From a virus: a stretch of DNA of 64,000 nucleotides. Positions 26,569 through 37,334 of the stretch are shown here, piece by piece; the stretch's first letter is position 1, and every line of letters starts with the position of its first letter. The translations under genes and the position numbers were made by a program. The stretch is taken from the IMG/VR virus record IMGVR_UViG_3300017991_000052, one strand, 5' to 3'. The notes beneath the pieces are model-generated. The model worked only from the letters and a program-made list of their open reading frames with translations. It made no database searches and had not been told where the DNA came from.

Positions 26569-28479
26569 ATGGCATCGGAAGTAATTGATTTATTATTAGG
26601 AAGATCTGGAGTTGGGGCTGGTAGGCGTGTAGAACAGGCTCATAGCGATGCTATGTCTCAACAACAAGTAACAGATATTTCTAATGCGATGCAAGAACTA
26701 ACTACCCAATTCAGAGATATGAAGCAACTTCAATATCAATTAAGAAGTGGGGAAATTAGACCTAGTGAGGGCGAACCAGCAAGAGCGGCAAAAGAAGTTG
26801 AATTAAACCTTCAAAGAGACTTAACAAGAAGTTTACAAGATTATTTGAAAAGTCAAGGCGGAGGCAAAGAAGACTGGGAAGTTTATCAAACAGCTCAAAG
26901 AATATCAAGAGCTAGAAGCTTAGAAGAATTTAATGAGCAAATTGAGAAAGCTACAGGTAGTTATAAAGAATTCAATAGAGCTGCTGAAAGAGCTGGAGGA
27001 TCTAGAGGATTTATAAGTACATTGCTTGGAGCTGCTGGAGCAGCTGCAGTTGTTGGTGGAGCAATGACTGGTAATGTACTTCAATTAGCTATGGGCGGAG
27101 TTGCAATTGGCGAAGGATTTCGTAGGGAAAGAATGCGCCAGCAACAAATTGATGAAGCAAAAGAACAAGGTGTAGATATTGCAAGTATGTATGAGAAACT
27201 TGTTCCATCTCCAATGCTTCGACAAGCATTATCTGTATTTACAACTGGAACAGTTTATGCACTTCAAGCTTCAATAGATAGAGCATTACAAGATGTTCCA
27301 AGAGCACTTCAATTAGGAATGGGTGTTGAACGAGCTAGAGCAATGGGTGCTACTGGTTTAGGTTATATGCAATTAACTGGTAGAGCTATTGGCCAAGATC
27401 AATTTGCAGCAATGGGTGCTATTGCTGGACAAGATGTATTAGGAATACAAAGACGCCAGCAAATGGTAGATCTTTTTGCTCAAACAGGCGGAGGAACACA
27501 AGCTGATCTTGCAAGAGCAATGAGACAGTTTGCTGAATATACAGTAGTATATGGAGAATCAGCTCAACAAATGATGCAAGCTACTAGAGGTTTGCAAATG
27601 TGGATTCCTGATGGAGATATGGGAAAAGTAATGAGAGATGCTCTCAATGCTTCTGAAGCCCAAGGAGTTCCAAGAGCTTTACAATTAGAACAAATACAAG
27701 CATTTAGTCAATATGGTAGACAACTTGCGATAAGCGGATATCAAGATAGAGGCGCTGTTGCTGATGAAGCTAGAAAAGCTATACAATATGCTGATCGTTT
27801 AGGATTACATGGAGCAGCAGGGGTACAAGCAGTTCAAGGGTTCCAAGGTGGATTTGCTGGGGCAGTACAAAATACTCCTCAATTTGCGGCATTAATGGCT
27901 GCAGGATTTTCTCCACAAGAAATATTTGCAATTGCATCTGGTGAAAAATCAATAAATAAAGATCAAATACAACAATTAAGTAGCTATTTAGGGACTGCAA
28001 TGGGTGGAACCCCCGAATATGTACAATCATATATAACAAGAATGTTAATTCCAATGGCTGGCGGAAGAATAGGCGGAGAACTTCTTGAACGAGGAAGAGC
28101 TGGAGAAGAAGTAGTTGTTGGTGAACTTGGTGCAAGAAGAGGAAGAAGAGGTATTGGAAGACAAGCATATGCTGCAGTAACTGGTGAATTTGCAAATCAA
28201 TTTCAAGCAATGTCTTCTGTATATACAACTGAATCTGAAAGAGTAAGAATTGCTTTTCATGCTGGTATGAAGAGTTTAGTACAAGCAAATCAAGCGATTC
28301 AACAAGAACTTGGGAATAGAATGGTTGCATCTATTGCTGGATTAGCAGAGAAAGTTGATAATGTAATTGGTATATTAAGAGGAAGAGTTCCAACGAAAGC
28401 TGAAAGGCAAGCAGAAAAACCAATGGTAATATCTACAGATTCAGTTAATCAAGTTGGTACTTCTAAAGGTAAAAGATAA
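26569..28479 (+). CDS. Tape measure protein
   Basis: A/G/Q-rich helical 636-aa protein after chaperone; hydrophobic segment. Confidence 0.8.
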   Translation: MASEVIDLLLGRSGVGAGRRVEQAHSDAMSQQQVTDISNAMQELTTQFRDMKQLQYQLRSGEIRPSEGEPARAAKEVELNLQRDLTRSLQDYLKSQGGGKEDWEVYQTAQRISRARSLEEFNEQIEKATGSYKEFNRAAERAGGSRGFISTLLGAAGAAAVVGGAMTGNVLQLAMGGVAIGEGFRRERMRQQQIDEAKEQGVDIASMYEKLVPSPMLRQALSVFTTGTVYALQASIDRALQDVPRALQLGMGVERARAMGATGLGYMQLTGRAIGQDQFAAMGAIAGQDVLGIQRRQQMVDLFAQTGGGTQADLARAMRQFAEYTVVYGESAQQMMQATRGLQMWIPDGDMGKVMRDALNASEAQGVPRALQLEQIQAFSQYGRQLAISGYQDRGAVADEARKAIQYADRLGLHGAAGVQAVQGFQGGFAGAVQNTPQFAALMAAGFSPQEIFAIASGEKSINKDQIQQLSSYLGTAMGGTPEYVQSYITRMLIPMAGGRIGGELLERGRAGEEVVVGELGARRGRRGIGRQAYAAVTGEFANQFQAMSSVYTTESERVRIAFHAGMKSLVQANQAIQQELGNRMVASIAGLAEKVDNVIGILRGRVPTKAERQAEKPMVISTDSVNQVGTSKGKR

Positions 28480-30416
28480 TGGTTAGAGAATATGGGCCAC
28501 AATATCATGTAAGAATAATTACAAGTACAGGCGAAATTAATTTAGATAATGTTTTGTCTATAACAACTGACAAGGATATATATGCAGATCATGGAAGTTT
28601 TCAAATAGAATTAAATTATGATCAACATTTTTTTAATGATCAATTAATAAATTCAGTAACTTATAGTCAAAGTTCAGTATTTTTTAGAATAAAACCAATG
28701 GATTATGTTGAGATTTATTTATCTCATGATACTGATAAAAAATTTGGAGTATATGATATAAAAGGAAAATTCGTTAGGGATTTTGATTTTAATTCAGATA
28801 CTCAACAGCCAGAAAATAAACAAGATGCAGATGCTATTGGAATAGTCGAAAGAATGGTAAATCCTCATTTAGTATTTTGTGGATTTGTAGATGCAATTGA
28901 TAATAATTTTGCTTTAGCTGAAAATAGTACAAACAATAGAGTAATAATAAGAGGAAAATGTCTTGCTAAATATTTAGTTAATCATCATTTGTTTTTTAAT
29001 TTTCCTTACGATGAATTATTCGTAAGAAAAGTTAAAGGGCAAATTGCATTATTGGGGTTAAGACCAAATGAGGCTATTGATCTTGTTATGACTAATTATT
29101 TAATTGGTATAATGACAACAGATCAATTACAAGTAGTTGATGAAGTTATTGATAAGGGTCAAGGTAAAAAAATTAAGTCAAGAAAATTGAAGAAAAAACC
29201 ATCTCATACAATAATTTGGCATGATAAAAAGAAAAAAGGTAAAGATGGTCAACCAGCAAAACTTGCTGAAGTTCTTCATAACGATACACCAAGCTTTAGA
29301 TATTTATATTGGGGAACAAATTTAACATCAGCCAGCCGCAACGGTGTGCCTGCTTCGGAGCAAATTCCATCAAAAGGATACTTTGAATGGGGCAGAATGC
29401 AATATGTGAATACAACTAATAGAAATATAATGAACATAACTGCTGATGCTCCATTGTTTGGTATTTTAAAACAAAGTGCTCAAGTTCCATTTAATGAATT
29501 CTTTGTGGATGAAGTTGGTAATATAGTTTTAAGAAGAGCAATAGATGCATGGGATTTTAATCAAGGCAGTTTAGATACTCAAGATGATAAATTAGTTAAA
29601 GATTGGGTAGAAATAAAAGAAGAAGATATTATTAATTGGAATTTTTCAATTAGTGATGATGAATTAAGAACTTTAATATTATCTATCCCAGTTGCTTCAA
29701 TGTTTGGCAATATGCCTATTATGGTTGGAGCAGTTGGTATGGCTCCAGTAACAGAAGAAATACAAAGAACTTTTACAGATTTAGATACAAAAAGATTTAA
29801 ACAAGCTTCTGATATTTTAAAAAATAAAGCAAGAGGAAAAACTCAAGTAGTTAATGTTCAAAAAGAAAAACAACAACTTGCAGATACTTTACAAGATATA
29901 CGAGAAAAACAAGCGAATCATTTAGATGAATATCCATTAGTAACAAAAGAAGATATTCTAAATTTCTGGAAAAGATTTGGTGTAAGACCTGAATCAATTA
30001 ATGATCTTTATTCAGATGATTTTAGTAAATTTTATTGGTCTGCTTGGTCATTATTTCAAAAGTATGCAAATTATTGGTGGAAAGGGTCAATTACGGTTAA
30101 AGGTGATTCAAAATATAAAATTGGCCAAAAATGTGTAATTAAGAGATTTGCTAAAGATAAAACTAATGTAATAAGAGATTTTCATTTATATATTCATTCA
30201 GTAAAACATCAATTTGTGTGGGGAGAGGGATGGATAACTCAATTAGCTTTTACTCGTGGAGAAATTGAAGGATCTACAACGAGCCAAGATATGGAAGCTA
30301 ATAGTGAAAAAACAAAAACAGATCCAAAAAATAAACAACGCCCACCCCTTGCAAAGCCATCTATAGAAACCGAAGATTATGAATCAATACAGGACAAAGC
30401 TGTTCCTGGATTTTAA
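28479..30416 (+). CDS. Baseplate hub protein
   Basis: IKPMDYVEI, VFCGFVD, PFNEFFVDE, GSITVKGD..KIG and YIHSVKHQF..W.T.L..TRG. Confidence 0.75.
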   Translation: MVREYGPQYHVRIITSTGEINLDNVLSITTDKDIYADHGSFQIELNYDQHFFNDQLINSVTYSQSSVFFRIKPMDYVEIYLSHDTDKKFGVYDIKGKFVRDFDFNSDTQQPENKQDADAIGIVERMVNPHLVFCGFVDAIDNNFALAENSTNNRVIIRGKCLAKYLVNHHLFFNFPYDELFVRKVKGQIALLGLRPNEAIDLVMTNYLIGIMTTDQLQVVDEVIDKGQGKKIKSRKLKKKPSHTIIWHDKKKKGKDGQPAKLAEVLHNDTPSFRYLYWGTNLTSASRNGVPASEQIPSKGYFEWGRMQYVNTTNRNIMNITADAPLFGILKQSAQVPFNEFFVDEVGNIVLRRAIDAWDFNQGSLDTQDDKLVKDWVEIKEEDIINWNFSISDDELRTLILSIPVASMFGNMPIMVGAVGMAPVTEEIQRTFTDLDTKRFKQASDILKNKARGKTQVVNVQKEKQQLADTLQDIREKQANHLDEYPLVTKEDILNFWKRFGVRPESINDLYSDDFSKFYWSAWSLFQKYANYWWKGSITVKGDSKYKIGQKCVIKRFAKDKTNVIRDFHLYIHSVKHQFVWGEGWITQLAFTRGEIEGSTTSQDMEANSEKTKTDPKNKQRPPLAKPSIETEDYESIQDKAVPGF

Positions 30417-30428
30417 TTGGAGATATAA

Positions 30429-31148
30429 ATGTTTGAAGATACTAAATTATTTTTAGCTGAAGTTACTAATGTCTACCCAAAAAGAGTTGTAGGCAAACAA
30501 GCTTTAGGTACAGATACAGAAATTGAAGTAGTTCATGAAGCATATACAATTGATGTAAAACCTGCCGCTCATAGGATGCCATTACAAGGAGTAAGAGTAT
30601 TAATTCCAACAGCTGGAACTGGATCAAATGTTAATTCTGGATTTGTTTGGTTACCATCAGTTGGGGATTGGGTTGTTTGTGGATTTTTAGAAGGATATCC
30701 TGATTTTGCTATATGTTTTGGAGTGGTTAGAAATCCATTATTTAATAAACCATCTGATGAAGGTGAAGTTTTTGATGATTATGTAATTCATCATCAATCA
30801 GATTCTTGGATAAGAATGAGAAATCTTGAGAAAGAACAAGATCCATCATCGACACAAATAAGATCTGAAGTAAAAATACATCATAAGTCTGGAACAGAAT
30901 TAGAATTTACAGAACCAGAAGTTGATAAATGTGAATGCAGTATAACACATAATACTGGTACAATATTTAAAATAGATCAAGAAGGTAATATTGAAATAAC
31001 TACAGAAAAAGATGTAAAAGTTATTGGCAAAACAGTTACTTTAGGTGATGAAAGTAAAGCACAAGGTGTTCAAACTAAACAAACAATTCCATTTTGTAGA
31101 TATACTGGAGAACCTTTTGAAGGATTACCAAATATAAAAGCTGGTTAA
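30429..31148 (+). CDS. Baseplate spike (P2 gpV/T4 gp5 OB-fold-like)
   Basis: LPSVGDWVVCGFLEG.P motif; H.SG beta-helix repeats. Confidence 0.8.
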   Translation: MFEDTKLFLAEVTNVYPKRVVGKQALGTDTEIEVVHEAYTIDVKPAAHRMPLQGVRVLIPTAGTGSNVNSGFVWLPSVGDWVVCGFLEGYPDFAICFGVVRNPLFNKPSDEGEVFDDYVIHHQSDSWIRMRNLEKEQDPSSTQIRSEVKIHHKSGTELEFTEPEVDKCECSITHNTGTIFKIDQEGNIEITTEKDVKVIGKTVTLGDESKAQGVQTKQTIPFCRYTGEPFEGLPNIKAG

Positions 31149-31149
31149 A

Positions 31150-31932
31150 ATGAAATGGACATCATCAAAATTAAAAAATTTTATAAAGAGTGCTTTACAA
31201 ACTAAAAATAGAGTTACTTTACAAGATGGTAATATAACTAAAGCAACTAATGAAGTATTAACAGCAATTGCAAACGGTATTGCAACTGTACATGGTGAAT
31301 GGCAAGATAATGCAAAAATAAATAATATTATAGTAAATGGTGGAACATGTACACCACTTGGTCCATTGGCATTACCAGCAACTGGAATAGCATTAACTGG
31401 GTGTATTCAATTAAAAATAAAAGCAAAACAAATCGAATCTGAAATATTAAGTTATTTTCCAGGAAAAAATATTGTTGAATTAACTGGCGGATTAAAGAGT
31501 TTAGCAATTGCGGCATCAAGTGGATTTGCTAATACATATAATCAATGGTTAGATCTATTAGTTATAAATAATATTATAGTAAGCGGTGGAACATGTACAT
31601 GTCAATCACCACCATTATCGCCAATTGGAACATATTCAAATGGAACTGGGCAATTACCAATATTAGAAGGTAATTTATCTACAAAGATTCAACAAAAAGT
31701 TTTAAAACAAAATATTACTTTAGATTTAAAAAGTCAGGTTAAATTAGACGAATCTGGTAATATAACAAAACATTTACAACAATTTGTTGATGCAATAACA
31801 CAAGGGATTATGGATATGTATAATCAATGGTTAATTGGAACACAAATTCAAAATATACAAGTTAATGGTGGAGTTTCAGTATTTGCAGGACCATTAAGTG
31901 GAGCACAGGGTATTCAAGGAGAGTTAAAATAA
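31150..31932 (+). CDS. Baseplate-associated protein with three internal repeats
   Basis: W....INNIIV.GG repeated three times. Confidence 0.6.
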   Translation: MKWTSSKLKNFIKSALQTKNRVTLQDGNITKATNEVLTAIANGIATVHGEWQDNAKINNIIVNGGTCTPLGPLALPATGIALTGCIQLKIKAKQIESEILSYFPGKNIVELTGGLKSLAIAASSGFANTYNQWLDLLVINNIIVSGGTCTCQSPPLSPIGTYSNGTGQLPILEGNLSTKIQQKVLKQNITLDLKSQVKLDESGNITKHLQQFVDAITQGIMDMYNQWLIGTQIQNIQVNGGVSVFAGPLSGAQGIQGELK

Positions 31933-31933
31933 T

Positions 31934-33622
31934 ATGCCAACTTTTACTGTAGATATACAAAATACACAAGAAGCTTTAGATACAATTACTGATTATATTG
32001 GTGGAACATTTAAAAATTATATAAAAACAATATTTCCACCGATATCAGTTGTTTATGTAAAACAATCTGGAGTCGAAATACCATATACATTAGAAGATAT
32101 TGATGGGGATGGTGAATTAGAAATAGTTGTTGGAAGTGCGACAGAATCTGCTCTTGTTAAATTTAATTATGAGGGCGGAGATGAACCATATTCTCAAGCA
32201 GCAGAAATAACTATTTATAATCCAACTGGAACACCAAATAATTATGTAGAAGTAACTAATTATCCAGTAACAACAGTAAATGATCCAGCAACTGGGACTA
32301 TTGATGGAATTGGAAATCAATTAATAAGAGTTGGCGGATTAACTGGTAAAATAAATGTGAATTATCAATATGATGCTGGGGAACTTGGAGCAATGGCTGG
32401 GGCTGCCGTTTCTAAAGAAGAAGAATATGATGAATTAATTGCTTCAATAGACAATTTAGAACAAACTAAAATAGATAAATATAATGAGTTCGTCATAAAC
32501 AACAAAATGGCCACCTTTTATTATCAAGGTTTTGATTTAACTGTCTCTTACCCTACTGAATATGATCTGTATCAAGATGAATATGATAATAAGGGCAGTT
32601 GGACGTGGCAGGACCAAGGCGGTGGTAACTTTACCTGGTATTATACGGGTGGCCATTCAACTGAATTTGCTGCTGGAATAATTGAAGAAATTGAATATAA
32701 TAAAAAAGAATTGGCTTCAATGGCTATTCAAGGGTTGCAACAAGAAGAAAAAATTAGTTTAGATACATTAACAATTAGCACTGCAGTATCGGGAGAAAAT
32801 TTTCAATATGGTGAAAGAATTCTTGAAAAAGCAATTGATGATCAAATTGGTATAGATAACGCTTTTCAATCTAATGCAATTAATCCAATTACTATTTTTA
32901 TTACATTAGATTCTTTACAATATATAACTAAAATTAGAATTAATGCAACTCCAGAATTAGGTCTAGAAATAATTGAAAGTGTTAAATTAATGGATGATTA
33001 TGGAACTTCTGGAATTGAATTATTAAGAGAGCCTAAAGAAGTTGCTAATGAATGGATAGATATAGATGCAATTCAAAAATTTACAGATGATTTTGGAATA
33101 GCAGAAGAAGATGAAAATGGCCAAGAAAAAATATATTTAGCAAAGAAAAAAATAATTGGGATTACAATATCAAGAGCGTTATCTGATAATGTATGGATAA
33201 ATGAAATAGAAATTTATAAAGCAGCATATACACCAACTCAATTAAGTATATTAGAAAGTACTTGGAATATATACAATATTAATATAATAGATTCACAACG
33301 AAATTATGGCCCCGATGATGGATGGGATACAATTCCTCCAACTGGTAGAGCAACATGGATTGATACTCGTTTCACGAATACATTAACAAATAGACAATCA
33401 AATATTACTACTTGGGTAGAACTTCCAGAAAATATTGCAGATGCAGCACAAATTGTAGATGAGGGAGATACAAATTATGTAATATCTCAAAAGAAATTAT
33501 GGAGAGAAAAATTTGATTCAAGTGAAACACAACAGTTTGGAATTCAAAATTCAATTAGTGACACTGGAGTAGAGATTGTAAAAATAGGGTCTGAACTTCG
33601 AGATTATCAGAGGTATTTATAA
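31934..33622 (+). CDS. Acidic baseplate-region structural protein
   Basis: 562-aa ORF in baseplate module. Confidence 0.6.
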   Translation: MPTFTVDIQNTQEALDTITDYIGGTFKNYIKTIFPPISVVYVKQSGVEIPYTLEDIDGDGELEIVVGSATESALVKFNYEGGDEPYSQAAEITIYNPTGTPNNYVEVTNYPVTTVNDPATGTIDGIGNQLIRVGGLTGKINVNYQYDAGELGAMAGAAVSKEEEYDELIASIDNLEQTKIDKYNEFVINNKMATFYYQGFDLTVSYPTEYDLYQDEYDNKGSWTWQDQGGGNFTWYYTGGHSTEFAAGIIEEIEYNKKELASMAIQGLQQEEKISLDTLTISTAVSGENFQYGERILEKAIDDQIGIDNAFQSNAINPITIFITLDSLQYITKIRINATPELGLEIIESVKLMDDYGTSGIELLREPKEVANEWIDIDAIQKFTDDFGIAEEDENGQEKIYLAKKKIIGITISRALSDNVWINEIEIYKAAYTPTQLSILESTWNIYNINIIDSQRNYGPDDGWDTIPPTGRATWIDTRFTNTLTNRQSNITTWVELPENIADAAQIVDEGDTNYVISQKKLWREKFDSSETQQFGIQNSISDTGVEIVKIGSELRDYQRYL

Positions 33623-34980
33623 TGGCACAACTCCTATCAGAAAAAAATAAACCACCAATGTTCATTTTAGAATATTGGGAAAAAAAAGATATTTCAGAAG
33701 AACAAGCTAATGATGAAGTTAGTACTAATGAAACTGATATCATTAATGGATTATTTGAAAATGTAAAAACTAAATTTATAAATACTGCAACCCAACCATT
33801 AAATAATGTTACAAGAAAATATGGATTACCAAGTCTTCAATTATTTGGTAAACAACCAACGGAAATAAAAAAAATAAAAACTTTAGATTTGAATTCAGCA
33901 ACAATGGATTGGGCATCTAGTCGTTCAAAAAAAGGAAGCCCAAAAATGGATTCAAAGACCGCTATAGAATGGGCAAAACCACCAAGAACTGGATGGGCTG
34001 TTGTAAGACATAAATCTTTAGGAAATTCAGTATTGGCACCAGATGATGATAGAGTCCATCTTCTTACAGCTAACGAAGTAGCAGCAGCACCTATTGATTT
34101 TGGTGGAGTTGTATGGGTATATCAAGCTCAAGGCGGAGAAACTCCAATATGGGTTCCGGGATCTCCTGATTATTATAATCATTATGTGGAAAGATTTGAA
34201 AAGGGAAGAGTAGCTAAAACACTTAGAAATTATGAATATATTTCTGAGCCTGGAGATAATAAATATAAAGTTGTAATATTAGATCAATCAGCATTGAATT
34301 TACCTTCTTATCCGCCAGCAAATGTTCCATATGTAGTAATTAGATATTATAAAGATTGGGAATATAAACCTGGTGATAGAGAATTACCACATCCAATTCA
34401 AACAGATATAAATGGATTAAATATTGATGTTTTTGGATTACATATAAATTTTCCATGGAAAGACGAAGAAGATACTACAACAACTCCTACATATGATATT
34501 TGGATGTTAGATTTTCATGATATTGCAAGAAGAGATTTTGGATTTGGCGTAGAAAGATTTGATTTTGGTGGAGATTCTAGAAAATCAATACAACAAACAA
34601 GAGGAAAAGTTACTAATGATACTGTTCAAAATAATTTTTATGTAGATACATGGTGGAAAGGTCCAGAAACAATAACATTAGCAGGAGTAATTGAATTACC
34701 AAATGGTTATGAAACTAATGTTTTAATAAAAAATAGCGAATCATATGATGATATATTTTCTCCATTTTTAGAAGCAACTGAAAGATTTTTTCTATGGAAT
34801 AATAATCCAATAAGAGCAAACCGCGGAGATTATATGATCTTTAGAGATTTATATAGAGAACAAGAATATAAAGTTACATTTAAATCGAGAAGATATTCTC
34901 AATCAGTTGAGAGACAGAGTTTAGTATCATTTCAATTTGATTTTGTTGTATTAGATTCTACAAAGGATAGAGGAAGATAA
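33622..34980 (+). CDS. Putative baseplate/tube-initiator protein
   Basis: QQTRG..FYVDTW..G.ETITLAG motif; position. Confidence 0.5.
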   Translation: MAQLLSEKNKPPMFILEYWEKKDISEEQANDEVSTNETDIINGLFENVKTKFINTATQPLNNVTRKYGLPSLQLFGKQPTEIKKIKTLDLNSATMDWASSRSKKGSPKMDSKTAIEWAKPPRTGWAVVRHKSLGNSVLAPDDDRVHLLTANEVAAAPIDFGGVVWVYQAQGGETPIWVPGSPDYYNHYVERFEKGRVAKTLRNYEYISEPGDNKYKVVILDQSALNLPSYPPANVPYVVIRYYKDWEYKPGDRELPHPIQTDINGLNIDVFGLHINFPWKDEEDTTTTPTYDIWMLDFHDIARRDFGFGVERFDFGGDSRKSIQQTRGKVTNDTVQNNFYVDTWWKGPETITLAGVIELPNGYETNVLIKNSESYDDIFSPFLEATERFFLWNNNPIRANRGDYMIFRDLYREQEYKVTFKSRRYSQSVERQSLVSFQFDFVVLDSTKDRGR

Positions 34981-35873
34981 TGGCAGCTGATCCAAGGATT
35001 TATGGTACTGATTTATATTTAGAAGATGGTGATCTTATTTCTGGGTATTCTGGAGATATGCAAACAATTTCTTCTTTAGAAAATCTTGCACAATCTATTA
35101 AATATGCTTTAATGACTGAGCAAGGAAGTCTTTATTATGATCCAGATTATGGAATAAATCTTTCTAGTATTATTGGGACAAAAAATACCGCTTTACAACG
35201 TTCAAGATTAAGAACAGAAATCAGTCGAGTATTAAACGCGGAACCAAGAATTGAAAAAATAGAACAATTAGATGTAACTCAAAGCACTACAAATCCAACA
35301 GAAATAAATATATATGCGAGAGTAAAACCTATTGAATCAACAGCAACGGTAGAAATTAATTTAATTTATCCATTTGCTGTATTTGCTGTAGAATCAACTA
35401 CGATAACTGGGGAAGCACAAATAAGTTCTACACAACTAATAGTATATACACAATATTCAATTTATAATGTTCAAGGTGTTTATTTATCTACCGATATAAA
35501 TCGCGAAGGAACAAATTATTATACTGGGGGATATGTTGAAGATAATAAAATAACTTTAGGTACTCCTCTTCCAGGTGCTTATACTGATGTTATTATCGAT
35601 TATGAAACATTAAATATAACAAGAACGAATATTCAAGTTACACAAATAGATAATGAAAGAGTAACCACGAATGATGGTTTAACATTAAATCTTGAATATA
35701 ATATATATGATTTAACTAGTGCCTATTTAGTAAGCGATACAACACAGACTGGTACTGATTATGCTTCTGGTGCAACATATGTTACAAATGTAATGACTCT
35801 TGGAGCATCAGCTGAGCCTAACACTTCATTTTTTGTAGATTATTCTACTACAGATAAAATAAGAAGGAGCTAA
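34980..35873 (+). CDS. Baseplate wedge gp25/gpW-like protein with two extra C-terminal domains
   Basis: YGTDL, NLAQSI..L.TE.G.L.Y.PDYG and EPRIEKI. Confidence 0.85.
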   Translation: MAADPRIYGTDLYLEDGDLISGYSGDMQTISSLENLAQSIKYALMTEQGSLYYDPDYGINLSSIIGTKNTALQRSRLRTEISRVLNAEPRIEKIEQLDVTQSTTNPTEINIYARVKPIESTATVEINLIYPFAVFAVESTTITGEAQISSTQLIVYTQYSIYNVQGVYLSTDINREGTNYYTGGYVEDNKITLGTPLPGAYTDVIIDYETLNITRTNIQVTQIDNERVTTNDGLTLNLEYNIYDLTSAYLVSDTTQTGTDYASGATYVTNVMTLGASAEPNTSFFVDYSTTDKIRRS

Positions 35874-35875
35874 TT

Positions 35876-37246
35876 GTGGCTGTCGAATTTAGAACACAAA
35901 ATAAGATATTTCAAAATCTAAGAGCATACATTAGAACGATAAGTTCTACTTTAACTGATTTTAATAAAGGAAGTATACTTAATACTATTTTATATGCTTT
36001 TAGTAATGGACTTTCTAGTTTATATGGAAGTTTACAAAATGTTTACGATGCTAGTTTTGTTGCAACAGCTACTGAAGATGATTTAGATGATAGAGTTTTA
36101 GATTTTAATATAACAAGAAGAATTGCTACTCGTGGGTCTGGAACTGTTACATTTTTCAGATCAACTCCTACTGGTGGAGATATTATTATACCAGCAGGAA
36201 CTCGTGTTAAAACAATTACAACAAATTTATTACAAGGTATAGAATTTCAAACAACAATTGAAAAAGTTATTCAACCAGATATTACTGAAGAAGCATATAC
36301 ATATTATTCAACACAACAAATATATGATTTTAGTGTAAGAAAAGTTTATGACATAGATGAAATAATTGGAACTGTTGGTGGATTTTCTGGATATACTTTT
36401 GTAAAGAATGTCGATTATCAATTAAATACAACTGATTCAACTCAAGCAAAAATAGAATGGTTAACTGTTGGTGTAAAACCAGATACAAATACAAATTTCT
36501 TTGTTACATATACACCACTTTCAGTAGATGCTCCAATTGAAGCAATTGGTGCTGGTGCTTTTGGAAACGTATCTGCTGGAACTATTATAAATATTCCACA
36601 AAAACCATCTGGAGTTGAAGAAGTAACTAATTATGAAGCAACAAGTGGGGGAACTGATGCTGAGTCTGATGAAGATTTAAGGGCAAGGGTTCCCCTTTAT
36701 TTGTCTTCACTTTCAAAATCAATTAAAAGTTCATTAAAAGCTTCAGCACTTTCAATTGATGGAGTACAAAATGCAAATGTTGTTGAATATGATCCACCAA
36801 ATGGATATGTAACTATTTTTATTGATGATGAATCTGGTGGTGCAACAACTGATGTTATTAGAGCTGTTAAAGATGCAATTGATGGGACTGTTAATGGAGT
36901 AGAATCAACTAGTGCTACTGGAATTAGAGCGGCTGGAATTGCTGTTAATGTAACAGCTCCAACTGTAAAAGATATTTCAATATTTGTAATAGCATATATT
37001 GATACTGGATATGATCAAACAACAGTTTCAGCTAATATAGAAACTGATGTAAAACAATGGTTGTCATCTCATACAACTGGTCAAGATATTTTAAGAGCCG
37101 AATTAATTGAGATTATTATGGGAGTTGAAGGGGTAGCAAATATTGATTTAGAAACTCTAAGTGTAAATGGAATTACAACTGGAGATACAACAGTTGGAGA
37201 TAATGAAGTTCCAAGACTTAGAACAATAACAATCTCACCGAGGTAA
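35876..37246 (+). CDS. Baseplate J-like wedge protein
   Basis: TDFNKGS, ATG.VTF, IPAGT.V, GGTDAESDEDLRAR and GIRAAGI. Confidence 0.9.
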   Translation: MAVEFRTQNKIFQNLRAYIRTISSTLTDFNKGSILNTILYAFSNGLSSLYGSLQNVYDASFVATATEDDLDDRVLDFNITRRIATRGSGTVTFFRSTPTGGDIIIPAGTRVKTITTNLLQGIEFQTTIEKVIQPDITEEAYTYYSTQQIYDFSVRKVYDIDEIIGTVGGFSGYTFVKNVDYQLNTTDSTQAKIEWLTVGVKPDTNTNFFVTYTPLSVDAPIEAIGAGAFGNVSAGTIINIPQKPSGVEEVTNYEATSGGTDAESDEDLRARVPLYLSSLSKSIKSSLKASALSIDGVQNANVVEYDPPNGYVTIFIDDESGGATTDVIRAVKDAIDGTVNGVESTSATGIRAAGIAVNVTAPTVKDISIFVIAYIDTGYDQTTVSANIETDVKQWLSSHTTGQDILRAELIEIIMGVEGVANIDLETLSVNGITTGDTTVGDNEVPRLRTITISPR

Positions 37247-37250
37247 TTGA

Positions 37251-37334
37251 ATGTCTTTAGAAATTTTTAGAAAAATTAAAAGAGAGATAAGAATTAAAGA
37301 TAACAAGAAAAAGGGAATAGTTTATGTCACTTAA
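37251..37334 (+). pseudogene. 27-aa mini-ORF duplicating the start of the next gene (possible endonuclease remnant)
   Basis: MSLEIFR versus downstream MSLNIFR; GAGGT SD. Confidence 0.45.
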
